Part shown: in pieces, positions 55,126-64,000 of the stretch
How the letters are laid out: each line of letters opens with the position of its first letter
How positions within the stretch are numbered: position 1 is the first letter of the stretch
Assembly (NCBI GenBank): GCA_044222185.1
Contig: JBGANV010000001.1
Location: 704,001 to 768,000, forward strand
Direction of reading: 5' to 3'
DNA length: 64,000 nt
Origin: Planctomycetota bacterium
GTDB taxonomy: Bacteria; Planctomycetota; GCA-002687715; CAIWVZ01
The notes under the pieces: model-generated
The model's input: only the letters and a program-made list of their open reading frames with translations
Database searches by the model: none
Told to the model about the DNA's origin: nothing
Translations under genes and position numbers: made by a program

Positions 55126-56709
55126 ATGAACAGACATCGATGGCTACTCGCGCTCGTCGTCATGGCTGGCACCATCGCCGCCCAGGACGCGGTGCCCGCT
55201 GCCGACTCGCGACCGGGCGTCGTGAGCGTGGACGGCGGACGGATTTCCGGCCGCGACGTCGGAGGTGCGGAACCGGTCCGCGTCTACCAGGGCATTCCGT
55301 TCGCCGCACCGCCCACGGGGGAATTGCGGTGGAAGGCGCCTCGACCCGTCCTCGCGTGGGATGGGGTGCGTGCCTGTCACGCCTTCGGGCCATCGTGCCC
55401 ACAGCCATCGGGTGAACGGACCCGATCGTTCGGGAACCAGGACGAGGACTGTCTGTACTTGAACGTGTGGGGCCCGGTGAATGTTCCGGCGAAACCTCTG
55501 CCCGTGATGGTCTGGATCCATGGCGGCGGGTTCATCGCGGGTTCGGGTTCGGCGCCGTTCTACGACGGGGCGAAGTTCGCTCGCATGGGCGTCGTTCTCG
55601 TCACGATCAACTACCGCCTGGGTCCCCTCGGTTTCCTCGCTCATCCCGCGCTCTCCAAGGAATCGCCCGACGGCGTGTCGGGGAACTATGGCCTCATGGA
55701 TCAGATCGCGGCCCTCCGTTGGGTCCAGCGGAACATTGCAGCGTTCGGCGGCGACCCGGGCAACGTGACGATCTTCGGGGAGTCCGCAGGTGCCGTGAGC
55801 GTGGGGTGGTTGATGTCGGCGCCATCGGCACGCGGTCTGTTCCATCGAGCCATCGCCGAGAGCGGAACGGCGCGCGGTCCGGCCCGTAGCCTTCGCGAGA
55901 ACCTCCCGGGACGGGACTCCATGGAATCCGTCGGCCAGAACCTGGCGCGAGAGCTCTCGATCTCCGAGGGCCCGGACGAACTGGCACGTCTCCGTCGCGT
56001 TCCGGCGGACGAGTTGATCCGCATCGCGCGACCGACGATCGGCCGGCCCGGCGACGGTACCCGTTTCGGTCCCGTGGTCGACGGGCGCCTGGTGCCCGAC
56101 CAGCCGTCGAATCTCCTCGCCGCAGGGCGAGTGCACGTCGTTCCGATGATCCTCGGTTCGAACGCCCACGACGGATCCGTGTTCGCGCCGTTCGCGCCCG
56201 TGAAGTCGAAGGCCGCATTCGACCTCATGGTCCGCGGACTGTTTCCGAAGGCCGCCGACACGCTCCTGGGCTTGTATCCGATCGAGTCGGAGACGGACGT
56301 TCGTGCGCGGGTGACCGACTTCATCACGGACATGGCATTCATCGCACCGGCTCGAGCCACCGCGCGTGACCTCGTCGACCACGGTGGTCAGGTGTGGGTC
56401 TACCACTTCTCGCGCACCAATCGGATCGCCGAGCGGCGCTTGGGACAGACCCGCCACGGCGCGGAGATTCCGTACGTGTTCGGACTCGTGCGCGATGGGC
56501 TGATCTACGACACCACGGACGTGGACCTGTCGCGAGCGATGATGTCGTACTGGGTGAATTTCGCGAAGGTGGGCGACCCGAACGGCGGGACGCTCCCGAT
56601 CTGGCCGAGGTACGAGCGCGCGACGGACAAGCACATGGAGTTCGCCGAGACGCCACGCGTCGGGGAACACCTCCGGGCCGATCGCTGCGACCTCCTCGAT
56701 CGACGGTGA
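55126..56709 (+). CDS. Exported type-B carboxylesterase
   Basis: GIPFAAPP.GELRW, EDCLYLNVW, WIHGGGF, NYRLG, GNYGLMDQ, FGESAG, HGAEI. Confidence 0.93.
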   Translation: MNRHRWLLALVVMAGTIAAQDAVPAADSRPGVVSVDGGRISGRDVGGAEPVRVYQGIPFAAPPTGELRWKAPRPVLAWDGVRACHAFGPSCPQPSGERTRSFGNQDEDCLYLNVWGPVNVPAKPLPVMVWIHGGGFIAGSGSAPFYDGAKFARMGVVLVTINYRLGPLGFLAHPALSKESPDGVSGNYGLMDQIAALRWVQRNIAAFGGDPGNVTIFGESAGAVSVGWLMSAPSARGLFHRAIAESGTARGPARSLRENLPGRDSMESVGQNLARELSISEGPDELARLRRVPADELIRIARPTIGRPGDGTRFGPVVDGRLVPDQPSNLLAAGRVHVVPMILGSNAHDGSVFAPFAPVKSKAAFDLMVRGLFPKAADTLLGLYPIESETDVRARVTDFITDMAFIAPARATARDLVDHGGQVWVYHFSRTNRIAERRLGQTRHGAEIPYVFGLVRDGLIYDTTDVDLSRAMMSYWVNFAKVGDPNGGTLPIWPRYERATDKHMEFAETPRVGEHLRADRCDLLDRR

Positions 56710-56716
56710 TGCCTGC

Positions 56717-58975
56717 TCAGCGCGCGTCGTCCTCCAGCGGGCTTCGCTCGCGCCGCGCGACGAATGCCGCATCGAGGCGGGCCGCGGCGACGCCGTCGAA
56801 GAGGAGCGATAGAACGCGGGTCGCGCGCGCAGCCGCCAGGGCGGCCGCCCAACGGAGCGCGGCCAGGCTGGCGGAGCCGTTCCCCGCGTCGATCGGCCCC
56901 GGGCTTGGACCGGGAGGACGGGGTACGACGTTCGGCGAAACGCTCGACCGCAGCGTGCACACGGTGACGCGCGGATCCGGGTCCTCGTCCGGCGGTGGTT
57001 CGGGGGCGCGGCGCGTCCATGCGACATCGAGGGCGTCGGCGAGGAATGCCCGGTCCATCGTTTCATCGATCAGGATGACGAACCGCGACGTCGGAACACG
57101 GCGGACGACGGTCGTCAATTCATGCGCACAGCCCCGGTTTTCCGGCGAGAACGCGCGGAAATCCAGCAGAACGACGTCAGCCTGTGAGAGAAGCCGCTCG
57201 AACGCATGAACCCACACCTCGCCTGCGCAGAGGACGGAGTTGGGTGGATACGCGTATTCACCACTGACCGCGGGCCATCGAGCCGCGACGCGGAACTCGC
57301 CGAGCCGTGAGTCCACCTCATCCGGAGTGCGAGCGAGGCCATCATCGAGACCGCCCGGCATGAGCCCCAGTCCCAAATCTCGGCCGAACCAGTCGGGCCC
57401 GCCCAGGAGAACGCAATGACCGATGAGCGTGAAGCGACGCTGAACGAGGCCGAAGATCTCCTCCGTCCGGCGCTCGTAGTCGACGCCGGGTCGGAATGCG
57501 CGGAGCAGAAGGAGGCGCGGAGGCGGGAACACGCGGGCGGCATCCGCGATTCGCCGTTTCAAGCGTCGGCGAAGCAGTCGATGCGCGAGCAGCGCGAGGC
57601 AATATCCGGATGTGGCGACGGCGGCTGCCGAGCGTCTGCGCGGAGACGCTGCCTTGTCCGTCAGAGCGCTGATCGACCTGCAAACGAGCGAGAGGATGAC
57701 GCTCGCGAACAAGATCACGACGACTCGGCGTCGCCACCTGGTTGCGAACGAGGTGCCGCGGAACGGCGGTGTTCTTCCGTGTGCAACGACCCACGCTCGC
57801 CTGACGAGTCGCCAGAAGAAGTAGAGCCCGATCGTGACGACGACGACGGGAACTCCGAAGGCCTGGTCGCGATCGTCGATGCACTCGTCAGCGAGCCATG
57901 CAACGGCTTGAGCGGTGACGAACACGGTCGCCTGGGTCCACGACGTCCGGCGGCAAAGCCGGAAGCGGGCATCCGCGATGGCGGCGACGAGACGGCCGCG
58001 GGGCGACGGCTCGATTTCCTCGTCGGCATCGACGTCCCGGACCGGGCAGGCGAGGCGGACGGTCGAGTCGACCGCGCAGGTCGGAGACGATAGGGCTGGT
58101 CCGGCATCAGGAACCTCGGCCGGCGACCGGTGTGCGGGCGGGGGAGCTCGCATCCGTTCGATCACGCGCATCGCTGCACGACGACGCAGCACGAGGATGG
58201 GTATGAGGATCGCGCCGATGGCCGCCACGGTGCGTGCCGAGAACGCGGCATCGTCGAACTTCGGGGCGCCGCTGAGGAACGGCTTCGAGACGACCCACGG
58301 AACCAGGAAGGGAGCCGCCAGCATCCCGGCGACCGCGGTGCGACGCGCGACGACCACGGCGAGCGAGACCGCGCCGATCATTCCGAGCGGTGCATCGTAG
58401 GAGCCGGCCAGGAGGATCACGCCGGCGGTGACGACGACGGAGAGTCGCGGAGCGGTTTCCGCCGCGCGTCCCAGCGAAAGGCGGACCGGGGAACGGGGGG
58501 CCGCGTTTCCGCCGGCGCGCGGAGAATCAGACCGGAGACGCCATCGTTCCGGAACCGCCGCCCACAACGCATCCTCCGAGTCGACGAGGAATCGGACGGG
58601 GCGGCGCAGCGGCCGCGCATGGACGCGGACGAATGGCCGCTCGAAAACGCGCCCCGGGCCCATGCGCAAACCAAGGACGTCCTCGCGTGGCACCGACGTC
58701 GGCCGACCACAGAACCAGGGATCGATCAGCAGGGCGGCGCCGTCGAGCCGAACGCGCCGGAAGCTCGCCGCGAAAGCGCATAGCCACAGGGCGCCTGCGA
58801 GCATCAATGCCGCGCCGAGTGCGGCGCCGACCGGGCTATCCGCGCGCCCCGACACGACGGAAACGCCCAGCGGCACTGCGAACGCCAGGAGCAGGACGGC
58901 GATCGCCGCGAAGGTGCGTCGCGCCGACGCCGTCTTCGCGTGGGAGAGTTCCTGGAATTGCGGCGACCTTTCCAT
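56717..58975 (-). CDS. Multi-pass membrane protein with a C-terminal TIR/NDT-like Rossmann domain
   Basis: Many TM segments, a PH-like stretch near the N terminus, then LLLLRAF...LLGGPD...W..AFERLLSQADVVLLDFRAFSPENRGCAHEL...FVILID. Confidence 0.6.
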   Translation of the reverse strand: MERSPQFQELSHAKTASARRTFAAIAVLLLAFAVPLGVSVVSGRADSPVGAALGAALMLAGALWLCAFAASFRRVRLDGAALLIDPWFCGRPTSVPREDVLGLRMGPGRVFERPFVRVHARPLRRPVRFLVDSEDALWAAVPERWRLRSDSPRAGGNAAPRSPVRLSLGRAAETAPRLSVVVTAGVILLAGSYDAPLGMIGAVSLAVVVARRTAVAGMLAAPFLVPWVVSKPFLSGAPKFDDAAFSARTVAAIGAILIPILVLRRRAAMRVIERMRAPPPAHRSPAEVPDAGPALSSPTCAVDSTVRLACPVRDVDADEEIEPSPRGRLVAAIADARFRLCRRTSWTQATVFVTAQAVAWLADECIDDRDQAFGVPVVVVTIGLYFFWRLVRRAWVVAHGRTPPFRGTSFATRWRRRVVVILFASVILSLVCRSISALTDKAASPRRRSAAAVATSGYCLALLAHRLLRRRLKRRIADAARVFPPPRLLLLRAFRPGVDYERRTEEIFGLVQRRFTLIGHCVLLGGPDWFGRDLGLGLMPGGLDDGLARTPDEVDSRLGEFRVAARWPAVSGEYAYPPNSVLCAGEVWVHAFERLLSQADVVLLDFRAFSPENRGCAHELTTVVRRVPTSRFVILIDETMDRAFLADALDVAWTRRAPEPPPDEDPDPRVTVCTLRSSVSPNVVPRPPGPSPGPIDAGNGSASLAALRWAAALAAARATRVLSLLFDGVAAARLDAAFVARRERSPLEDDAR

Positions 58976-59192
58976 GTTCCCTTCGTCACGGGGTCGTCCC
59001 GGAACGGGCGCACTCTACCGGCAAGAAACGACTCCTGCGGGCGTCGAAGCGCGGCTTTCGTGATGCCCGCGGCGCGTTCAGCGGCGGCCCACGGCGGCTG
59101 CGCGTTTCGTTTTTCACGTTCTTCGGGGATTCGTTTCGTGCACTCAAGAGCCGATGCGGATCGGGCCGAACGGAGGAGCGGAGTTTGCTCAC

Positions 59193-60353
59193 ATGTCACA
59201 GAGGATCGCATTCTGGCTAGCCTGCGGGTTCGCCATCCTTTCGTTGCAGTCACGGGCCCAGAAGCCCGCGACGTCAGCCCTCGAACCGACAAGGACGTGG
59301 GCGTTTGCCGTCAGCATCGCCGATGCCGTCGAGGACGTCGACCCGGACGCCGTTCGGCCCCCGCGACAAGATGACGCCTTCGTCGAGGCGCTCCATGCGC
59401 GAGGCGTCCCACGGGATCACGTTCGCTACCTCCGGGACGAAGACGCGAAGAAGGCGCTGATCCTGGCCGCGATGTCCGATCATCTTCGACGCGCAGCGGC
59501 CGGCGACACGCTCGTCGTCTACTTCCACGGCCGCGCCGTTCGCGCCCACGATGGCAGGGGCTTTCTTTCACCCTACGACAGCCTGAAGGACGACTCGGCG
59601 TCGCTGCTGGCCGCCGACGAGTTCCTGGAAGCCGTCGACGGATCGTTCAGCGGAGCGCGGGTGCTCCTCTTCATGGACTGCAGCCTGGGCGGATGCCTCT
59701 ACGACGCGTTGCCATCGCGCCATTGGCGGCACGAGGTCGCGGTCCTCGGCTCGTCGCAGTCGTCTGGGCACGGGTTCGACGACTGGACGTTCTCGGAGTC
59801 CCTCGTTCGCGCGTTGTCGGGGAACGGTTGGATCGACCTGGACAACAACGGTCGCATCGAGCTGAAGGAGCTGGCGAAGGCGGCGACTGAGGACTGCGTC
59901 CTGCTGGCCCACGAACTCCCCGGTCACCAGTGCTCGACGGGCTTTCCGTCGTCGTTCGTGCTGGCGACGTGCGCGCCGAAGAAGTCGGCCCGCGAGGGAC
60001 GGCTCGTCGAGGTGCGTCGCAGGGACGACCGCTGGGAACTGGCGCGAGTTCTGCAGGTGACCCAGAACCGCATCATCGTTCGGCCGATTCGCGCAAAGGA
60101 CGCCACCGACGAGGGCGTCGAGCCGTCCCGCGTGCGCGAGCCGCGCCTCGCCGGCCTGAATCCCCACGAGCCGGTGGACATCCTCGTCGCGGGCGAATGG
60201 CGGGCCGGGAAGGTCGTGAAATCCGGCAACGGAATGAACTGCGTTCGCCTCGACGGAGAGACGGGCACCACGCTCGACGAATGGGTCGGCCCCGATAGGC
60301 TGCGCCCGCGTCGTGGCGGTGCAGTGAGCGCCACGAGCGTGACGATACGCTGA
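59193..60353 (+). CDS. Exported caspase-fold (peptidase C14-like) protein with degenerate catalytic dyad, EF-hand-like loop and two Tudor/Agenet-like domains
   Basis: GDTLVVYFHGRA (usual YxGHG), LFMDCSLGG (usual DxCxSG), WTFSESL, DLDNNGRIELKEL, VEV..W..ARVL and DEWVGPDRLR. Confidence 0.72.
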   Translation: MSQRIAFWLACGFAILSLQSRAQKPATSALEPTRTWAFAVSIADAVEDVDPDAVRPPRQDDAFVEALHARGVPRDHVRYLRDEDAKKALILAAMSDHLRRAAAGDTLVVYFHGRAVRAHDGRGFLSPYDSLKDDSASLLAADEFLEAVDGSFSGARVLLFMDCSLGGCLYDALPSRHWRHEVAVLGSSQSSGHGFDDWTFSESLVRALSGNGWIDLDNNGRIELKELAKAATEDCVLLAHELPGHQCSTGFPSSFVLATCAPKKSAREGRLVEVRRRDDRWELARVLQVTQNRIIVRPIRAKDATDEGVEPSRVREPRLAGLNPHEPVDILVAGEWRAGKVVKSGNGMNCVRLDGETGTTLDEWVGPDRLRPRRGGAVSATSVTIR

Positions 60354-60378
60354 AAGCTCCCGCCCCGGCGCGTCGTCG

Positions 60379-60720
60379 TCAGACCGATTCGATGATCACG
60401 AGGCGGTCGACGTGCGCGCGGTGCAGCATGTCCTGAACGGACGGGGTCGCGTCCCGTACGACGATCTGCGGCCCGTCGCCGAGTCGTTTGCGCAGCCACA
60501 CGATGGAAGCGAGTCCTGCCACGTCGACGGACTCCACGCCGACGAAATCGAGGATGACGCGCGTGGTGTCGAGCCGTACGAGGGCGTTCAGCTGGCGCCG
60601 CAGGATGTCGGCGACGCCGGCGTTCAGGCGCGGCTCGTGGACCCGGACTTCGACGACGCCTGGTGTGCGTTCCTCTGTTCCCATCATGCTGTTCATCCCG
60701 TGGCTCACCGGACGGGCCAT
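60379..60720 (-). CDS. STAS-domain protein (anti-sigma-factor antagonist-like)
   Basis: RVILDFVGVESVDVAGLASIV...VQDML....VDRL. GGAGGG RBS. Confidence 0.78.
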   Translation of the reverse strand: MARPVSHGMNSMMGTEERTPGVVEVRVHEPRLNAGVADILRRQLNALVRLDTTRVILDFVGVESVDVAGLASIVWLRKRLGDGPQIVVRDATPSVQDMLHRAHVDRLVIIESV

Positions 60721-60835
60721 CTCAACGGCCCTCCATTCCTATCGGCCCGGGAAGGGTTTCGTCCGAAGGCGAAGGCCAGGCCGGCCTGCCACGCCGGTTT
60801 GATCATGAGCCCGGGACGCGTCGATACGGGACTCG

Positions 60836-61864
60836 GTGGACCCCGATAGCGCCAAGAACCGCCCGAACGACGTCCGCACGGTCTCCGGCGATCCGCCGGC
60901 GGCCCCCCGCGCGACCCGACGCCGACCGACCATCGTCCGTCCGAGCGAATGGATGAGGGACGAGGCGCCGGCTTCGGGCACGGATCGCTATCTCGTCGAT
61001 TTTCGCGCGCTCGAACCCTTCGAGGCGAACGCCGTCGAAGACCTCCGTCGCGTCGAGGGGCTCGATCGCTGGGAGCCGACGGCCTACGAGGAGCGCTACC
61101 TCCCAGGCCTGCGACTCGCTGGGATCGAGGACAAGGAGGGCGCGTGCCTGCAGAACGTCGCGGACCTGCACATGCACACGCAGTGGTCCGACGGCGACGA
61201 TCTCGATCGGGTGCTGGCCGCCGCGCAGGCCGAGCAACTCGACGTCATCGCGATCACGGACCATGACGAGATCGAAGGCGCTCTGGAGGCCCGGCGCCGG
61301 GTCCACGAACGACGGCTGAAAGTCGCTGTGATTCCAGGCGTGGAGGTTTCGTCCAAGGACGGCCACATCGGCGCCTTGTTCGTCACGCGCCCCATCCAGA
61401 AGGGCCTCAGCGCAGCGGAGACCGTCGATCGGATCCACGAAGCGGGCGGGCTCGCGATCGCGCATCACCCGTTCGTGCCACCGTTGATCGAGAAGCTCCT
61501 GCGCGTGAAGCTCGGATGTCGCGACCTTTTGCACAGCGTCCCGTTCGATGCGATCGAATGCACGAACGCAGTGCCTGGGTACGGCCGTGCCTACAACATG
61601 GCAGCCTGGAAGGCGCTGCGGCAGCGAAGCGTGCGAATCGGCATGACGGGGAGCAGCGACGCCCACTCGGCGCGGCTCGTGGGGAAGGGGCGGACCTACT
61701 TCGCCGGCAACCGCGGAGTACGGTCGCTCCATTCGGCGATCCGCAATGGCTTCGTGCACGGCGCCGAGGGGTATTGGACGCTCTCGGAGTCGTTGCACTA
61801 CCGCTGGACGCTCGCCAAGGCGATCGTCCGGAACGCGCTGCGGCGTCGCGGTTCGGTCAACTGA
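60836..61864 (+). CDS. PHP-domain metallophosphoesterase
   Basis: DLHMHTQWSDG, AITDHD, GVEVSSKDGH, AHHP, GSSDAH. Confidence 0.9.
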   Translation: MDPDSAKNRPNDVRTVSGDPPAAPRATRRRPTIVRPSEWMRDEAPASGTDRYLVDFRALEPFEANAVEDLRRVEGLDRWEPTAYEERYLPGLRLAGIEDKEGACLQNVADLHMHTQWSDGDDLDRVLAAAQAEQLDVIAITDHDEIEGALEARRRVHERRLKVAVIPGVEVSSKDGHIGALFVTRPIQKGLSAAETVDRIHEAGGLAIAHHPFVPPLIEKLLRVKLGCRDLLHSVPFDAIECTNAVPGYGRAYNMAAWKALRQRSVRIGMTGSSDAHSARLVGKGRTYFAGNRGVRSLHSAIRNGFVHGAEGYWTLSESLHYRWTLAKAIVRNALRRRGSVN

Positions 61865-61879
61865 CGGGAGCGCCGCGCG

Positions 61880-62281
61880 TCACTCGTGAAAGCCCAGGAC
61901 GACGAGGAGGCACGGTCCGCCGGCGATCACGGACAGTCCGAGTTCGCGGGCCCGGTCGACGGCCTTCTGGCTCTCCGCGCCGGGTTGCATCCACAGGCGC
62001 CTGATCCCCGCGGCATGGGCCTGCTCCACCAGCGATTCAGTGACTGCTGGCGGCGTGATGATCGACAGCCCCCAGACGGGTTCGGGAAGTGCCGCGAGCG
62101 CCGGCACGGCCTTCACCCCTTCGACGAGCGTTTCCTTCGGATGTACGGCGAAGGCCCGGCGTCCGTGTTGCAGATAGCAGCGGAGGACCTTGTTGCCGTA
62201 TTTCGACCGGTCGTTCGACGCGCCGGCGACCGCGTAGACGGAACCGGCGAGGAAGTCCGCGATGGGCTCGGGGAGGCTCAT
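61880..62281 (-). CDS. CoA-binding protein (YccU-like)
   Basis: AVAGASNDRSKYG, VHPK, ITPP, WMQPGAES, GPC. ATGA overlap with the DUF480 gene. Confidence 0.88.
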   Translation of the reverse strand: MSLPEPIADFLAGSVYAVAGASNDRSKYGNKVLRCYLQHGRRAFAVHPKETLVEGVKAVPALAALPEPVWGLSIITPPAVTESLVEQAHAAGIRRLWMQPGAESQKAVDRARELGLSVIAGGPCLLVVLGFHE

Positions 62282-62931
62282 GTCGGTCGGCTCCTCAATT
62301 CGTCGAGCGCCGCGCGAAGCTCCTTGACCTCGGTCTCGAGCCGATCGAGTCGCTCGAGGACGGAGGCGACTCCGGGGACGGTTGCCGCCGCCGGCGCGGC
62401 GGGCGTCGGCACGTGCGCCGTCGGCGTCGTGCCGGGTACGTCCGGCGCGAGCGTCTGCGCGTAACGGTCGGCGCGTTCGCCGGACTGTCGCCCGAGGTTC
62501 ACGATCAGCGGCGGGAGGCGCTTGCCCAGCTCGTCGATGATCTGCATGAGGGATTCGTGCGAGGGGATCGCAGCCATTCGGGCCGCGCGTGTGCGAAGTT
62601 CGCCGGGCTGCTGCGGCCCGCGCAAGAGAAGTTCGGCTATGACCGCCAGCTCCTGCGGGTTGAGCCCGATCCGCTCGTCGAGGCGGTGGCGCCATTTCCG
62701 GACCCGGCCGTGGCCTTCCACGTACGTCACCCACTTCTTCTCGAAGAGGGCCCTCAGCGCCCCATCAACCTGGAACTCCTGGTAGTCCGTGACCGGGTCC
62801 CGGTTGTTCTTCTGGTTGCAGCCGGCGACCAGTGCGTTGGTCGTCATGGGGTAATAGTCCGGGGTCGAGAGTGCCTTCTCGATGAGGACGCCCACGATGC
62901 GGCGTTCGGTCGGGTCGAAGTCTCCGTCCAC
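62278..62931 (-). CDS. DUF480 / YceH family protein
   Basis: RIVGVLIEK..TPDYYPMT.NAL..GCNQK.NRDPV, LLLRGPQ.PGELR. AGAGGAG RBS. Confidence 0.9.
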   Translation of the reverse strand: MDGDFDPTERRIVGVLIEKALSTPDYYPMTTNALVAGCNQKNNRDPVTDYQEFQVDGALRALFEKKWVTYVEGHGRVRKWRHRLDERIGLNPQELAVIAELLLRGPQQPGELRTRAARMAAIPSHESLMQIIDELGKRLPPLIVNLGRQSGERADRYAQTLAPDVPGTTPTAHVPTPAAPAAATVPGVASVLERLDRLETEVKELRAALDELRSRPT

Positions 62932-63071
62932 GAGTGATGCTCCTCTTTCGCAGTGGCGCACTGTAGCGACCTCGAAGCGACTGCAGGAGACTCGGGGCAT
63001 TCCTCAGTTGACCGGATCCAGTGTGGGCGATTACCCTGCCGCCCCATGATCGATCACTCGAGGGATATTGG

Positions 63072-64000
63072 ATGAGCGAACCGAGCCTGCGTCGCACCCT
63101 GGGCCCCGTCAGCGCGATCATGATCACGGTCGGCAGCGTGATCGGTTCGGGCATCTTCTTGAAGCCGCTGGAGATCTCCCAAGCGCTGCCGACGACCGGA
63201 TGGATGTACGCCGTCTGGGCCGGACTGGGGCTCGTGTGCCTGTTCGGAGCGTTCGCCTACGCGGAGCTCGGCGCCATGATCCCGGAGGCGGGAGGCCAGT
63301 ACGCGTTCCTCCGCGCTTCCTACGGCCCATTCGTCTCGTTCCTCTACGGGTGGGTCCTGCTGCTGGTGATCAACAGCGGGACGGCCACGGCGCTCGCCTA
63401 CGCGTTCGGCGACCAGATCATCGCGATGACTGGGATGGGCGCTGGAACCAAGCCGTACATCGCCTGCGCGATGATCCTCTTGTTGGCCGCCGTCAACCAT
63501 TTCGGCGTCAGCTGGGGCGCGTGGCTCCAGAACACGTCCACGTTCGCAAAGCTCGCGGCGCTCGCGGCGATCGTCGTCGGCGGACTGCTCTTCGGAAAGA
63601 CGTCGTCCGCTCCCGTCGCGCCGGTGGCCCCTTCGAAGGACCTCATCGACGGCATCGTCGCCGCGTCCGTCGCCGTATTCTGGGCCTACGAAGGCTGGTA
63701 TCAGTTGCCGTTCAGCGCGGGAGAGCTCAAGAAGCCGGAGCGCGACCTGCCCCTCGGCCTGCTGTGGGGCATGGTCATTCTCGTCCTCACCTACGTCTCG
63801 GTGAACGCCATCTATCTCCACTACGTCCCACCCGACGAGATGCGCGGCCTCGCGCACGACGTGGACGTTCCGACTCTCGTACTCACGCGCTGCTTTGGGC
63901 CTTCGGCGGGTTGGTGGCTCTCGGCCCTCATCTGCCTTTCCGTCTTCGGGTGCGCGAACCCGAACTTCCTCTCGACTCCGCGCGCCATCTGGGCCATGTC
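63072..64000 (+). CDS. APC-family amino-acid permease (partial; runs off the right edge)
   Basis: Hand translation MSEPSLRRTLGPVSAIMITVGSVIGSGIF...YAELGAMIPEAGGQYAFL...FWAYEGW...GELKKPERDLP. Confidence 0.92.
   Translation, partial: MSEPSLRRTLGPVSAIMITVGSVIGSGIFLKPLEISQALPTTGWMYAVWAGLGLVCLFGAFAYAELGAMIPEAGGQYAFLRASYGPFVSFLYGWVLLLVINSGTATALAYAFGDQIIAMTGMGAGTKPYIACAMILLLAAVNHFGVSWGAWLQNTSTFAKLAALAAIVVGGLLFGKTSSAPVAPVAPSKDLIDGIVAASVAVFWAYEGWYQLPFSAGELKKPERDLPLGLLWGMVILVLTYVSVNAIYLHYVPPDEMRGLAHDVDVPTLVLTRCFGPSAGWWLSALICLSVFGCANPNFLSTPRAIWAM

Overview
GC-rich bacterial chromosomal window, roughly 70% GC by eye. Its gene style suggests an uncultured Planctomycetota lineage (inference): a giant ECF sigma factor fused to an ectodomain, FG-GAP/VCBS surface proteins and HEAT proteins. 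I can support about 45 CDS and no rRNA, tRNA or CRISPR. Recognisable genes are queG, an orphan eboE, a complete hcrCAB-type (4-hydroxybenzoyl-CoA reductase-like) molybdoenzyme operon, a mocA-like transferase, an ADP-forming acyl-CoA synthetase, an RlmI-like methyltransferase, two ABC systems and several hydrolases. Decay features are an AAA_14/DUF4143 pseudogene, an IS21 istB remnant and a doubly frameshifted FG-GAP paralog. The strongest unexplained signal is in the exported proteins. 17 of 18 predicted signal-peptidase-I substrates start with Gln. Six exported proteins from five unrelated families end in a similar Pro/Gly-rich C-terminal beta domain. Several carry a [DEQ]-S-[RAG]-P motif just after the signal peptide. 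A stand-alone secretin N0-N1 protein sits among them. Together these suggest an undescribed protein export/maturation code. Other leads are a three-paralog family with a near-identical 198-bp 3' repeat, a membrane TIR-like protein divergent from an exported pseudo-caspase, a 33-bp palindrome, a dispersed 63-bp hairpin repeat and probable leaderless transcripts. All family calls come from motif recognition by eye; no searches were run.
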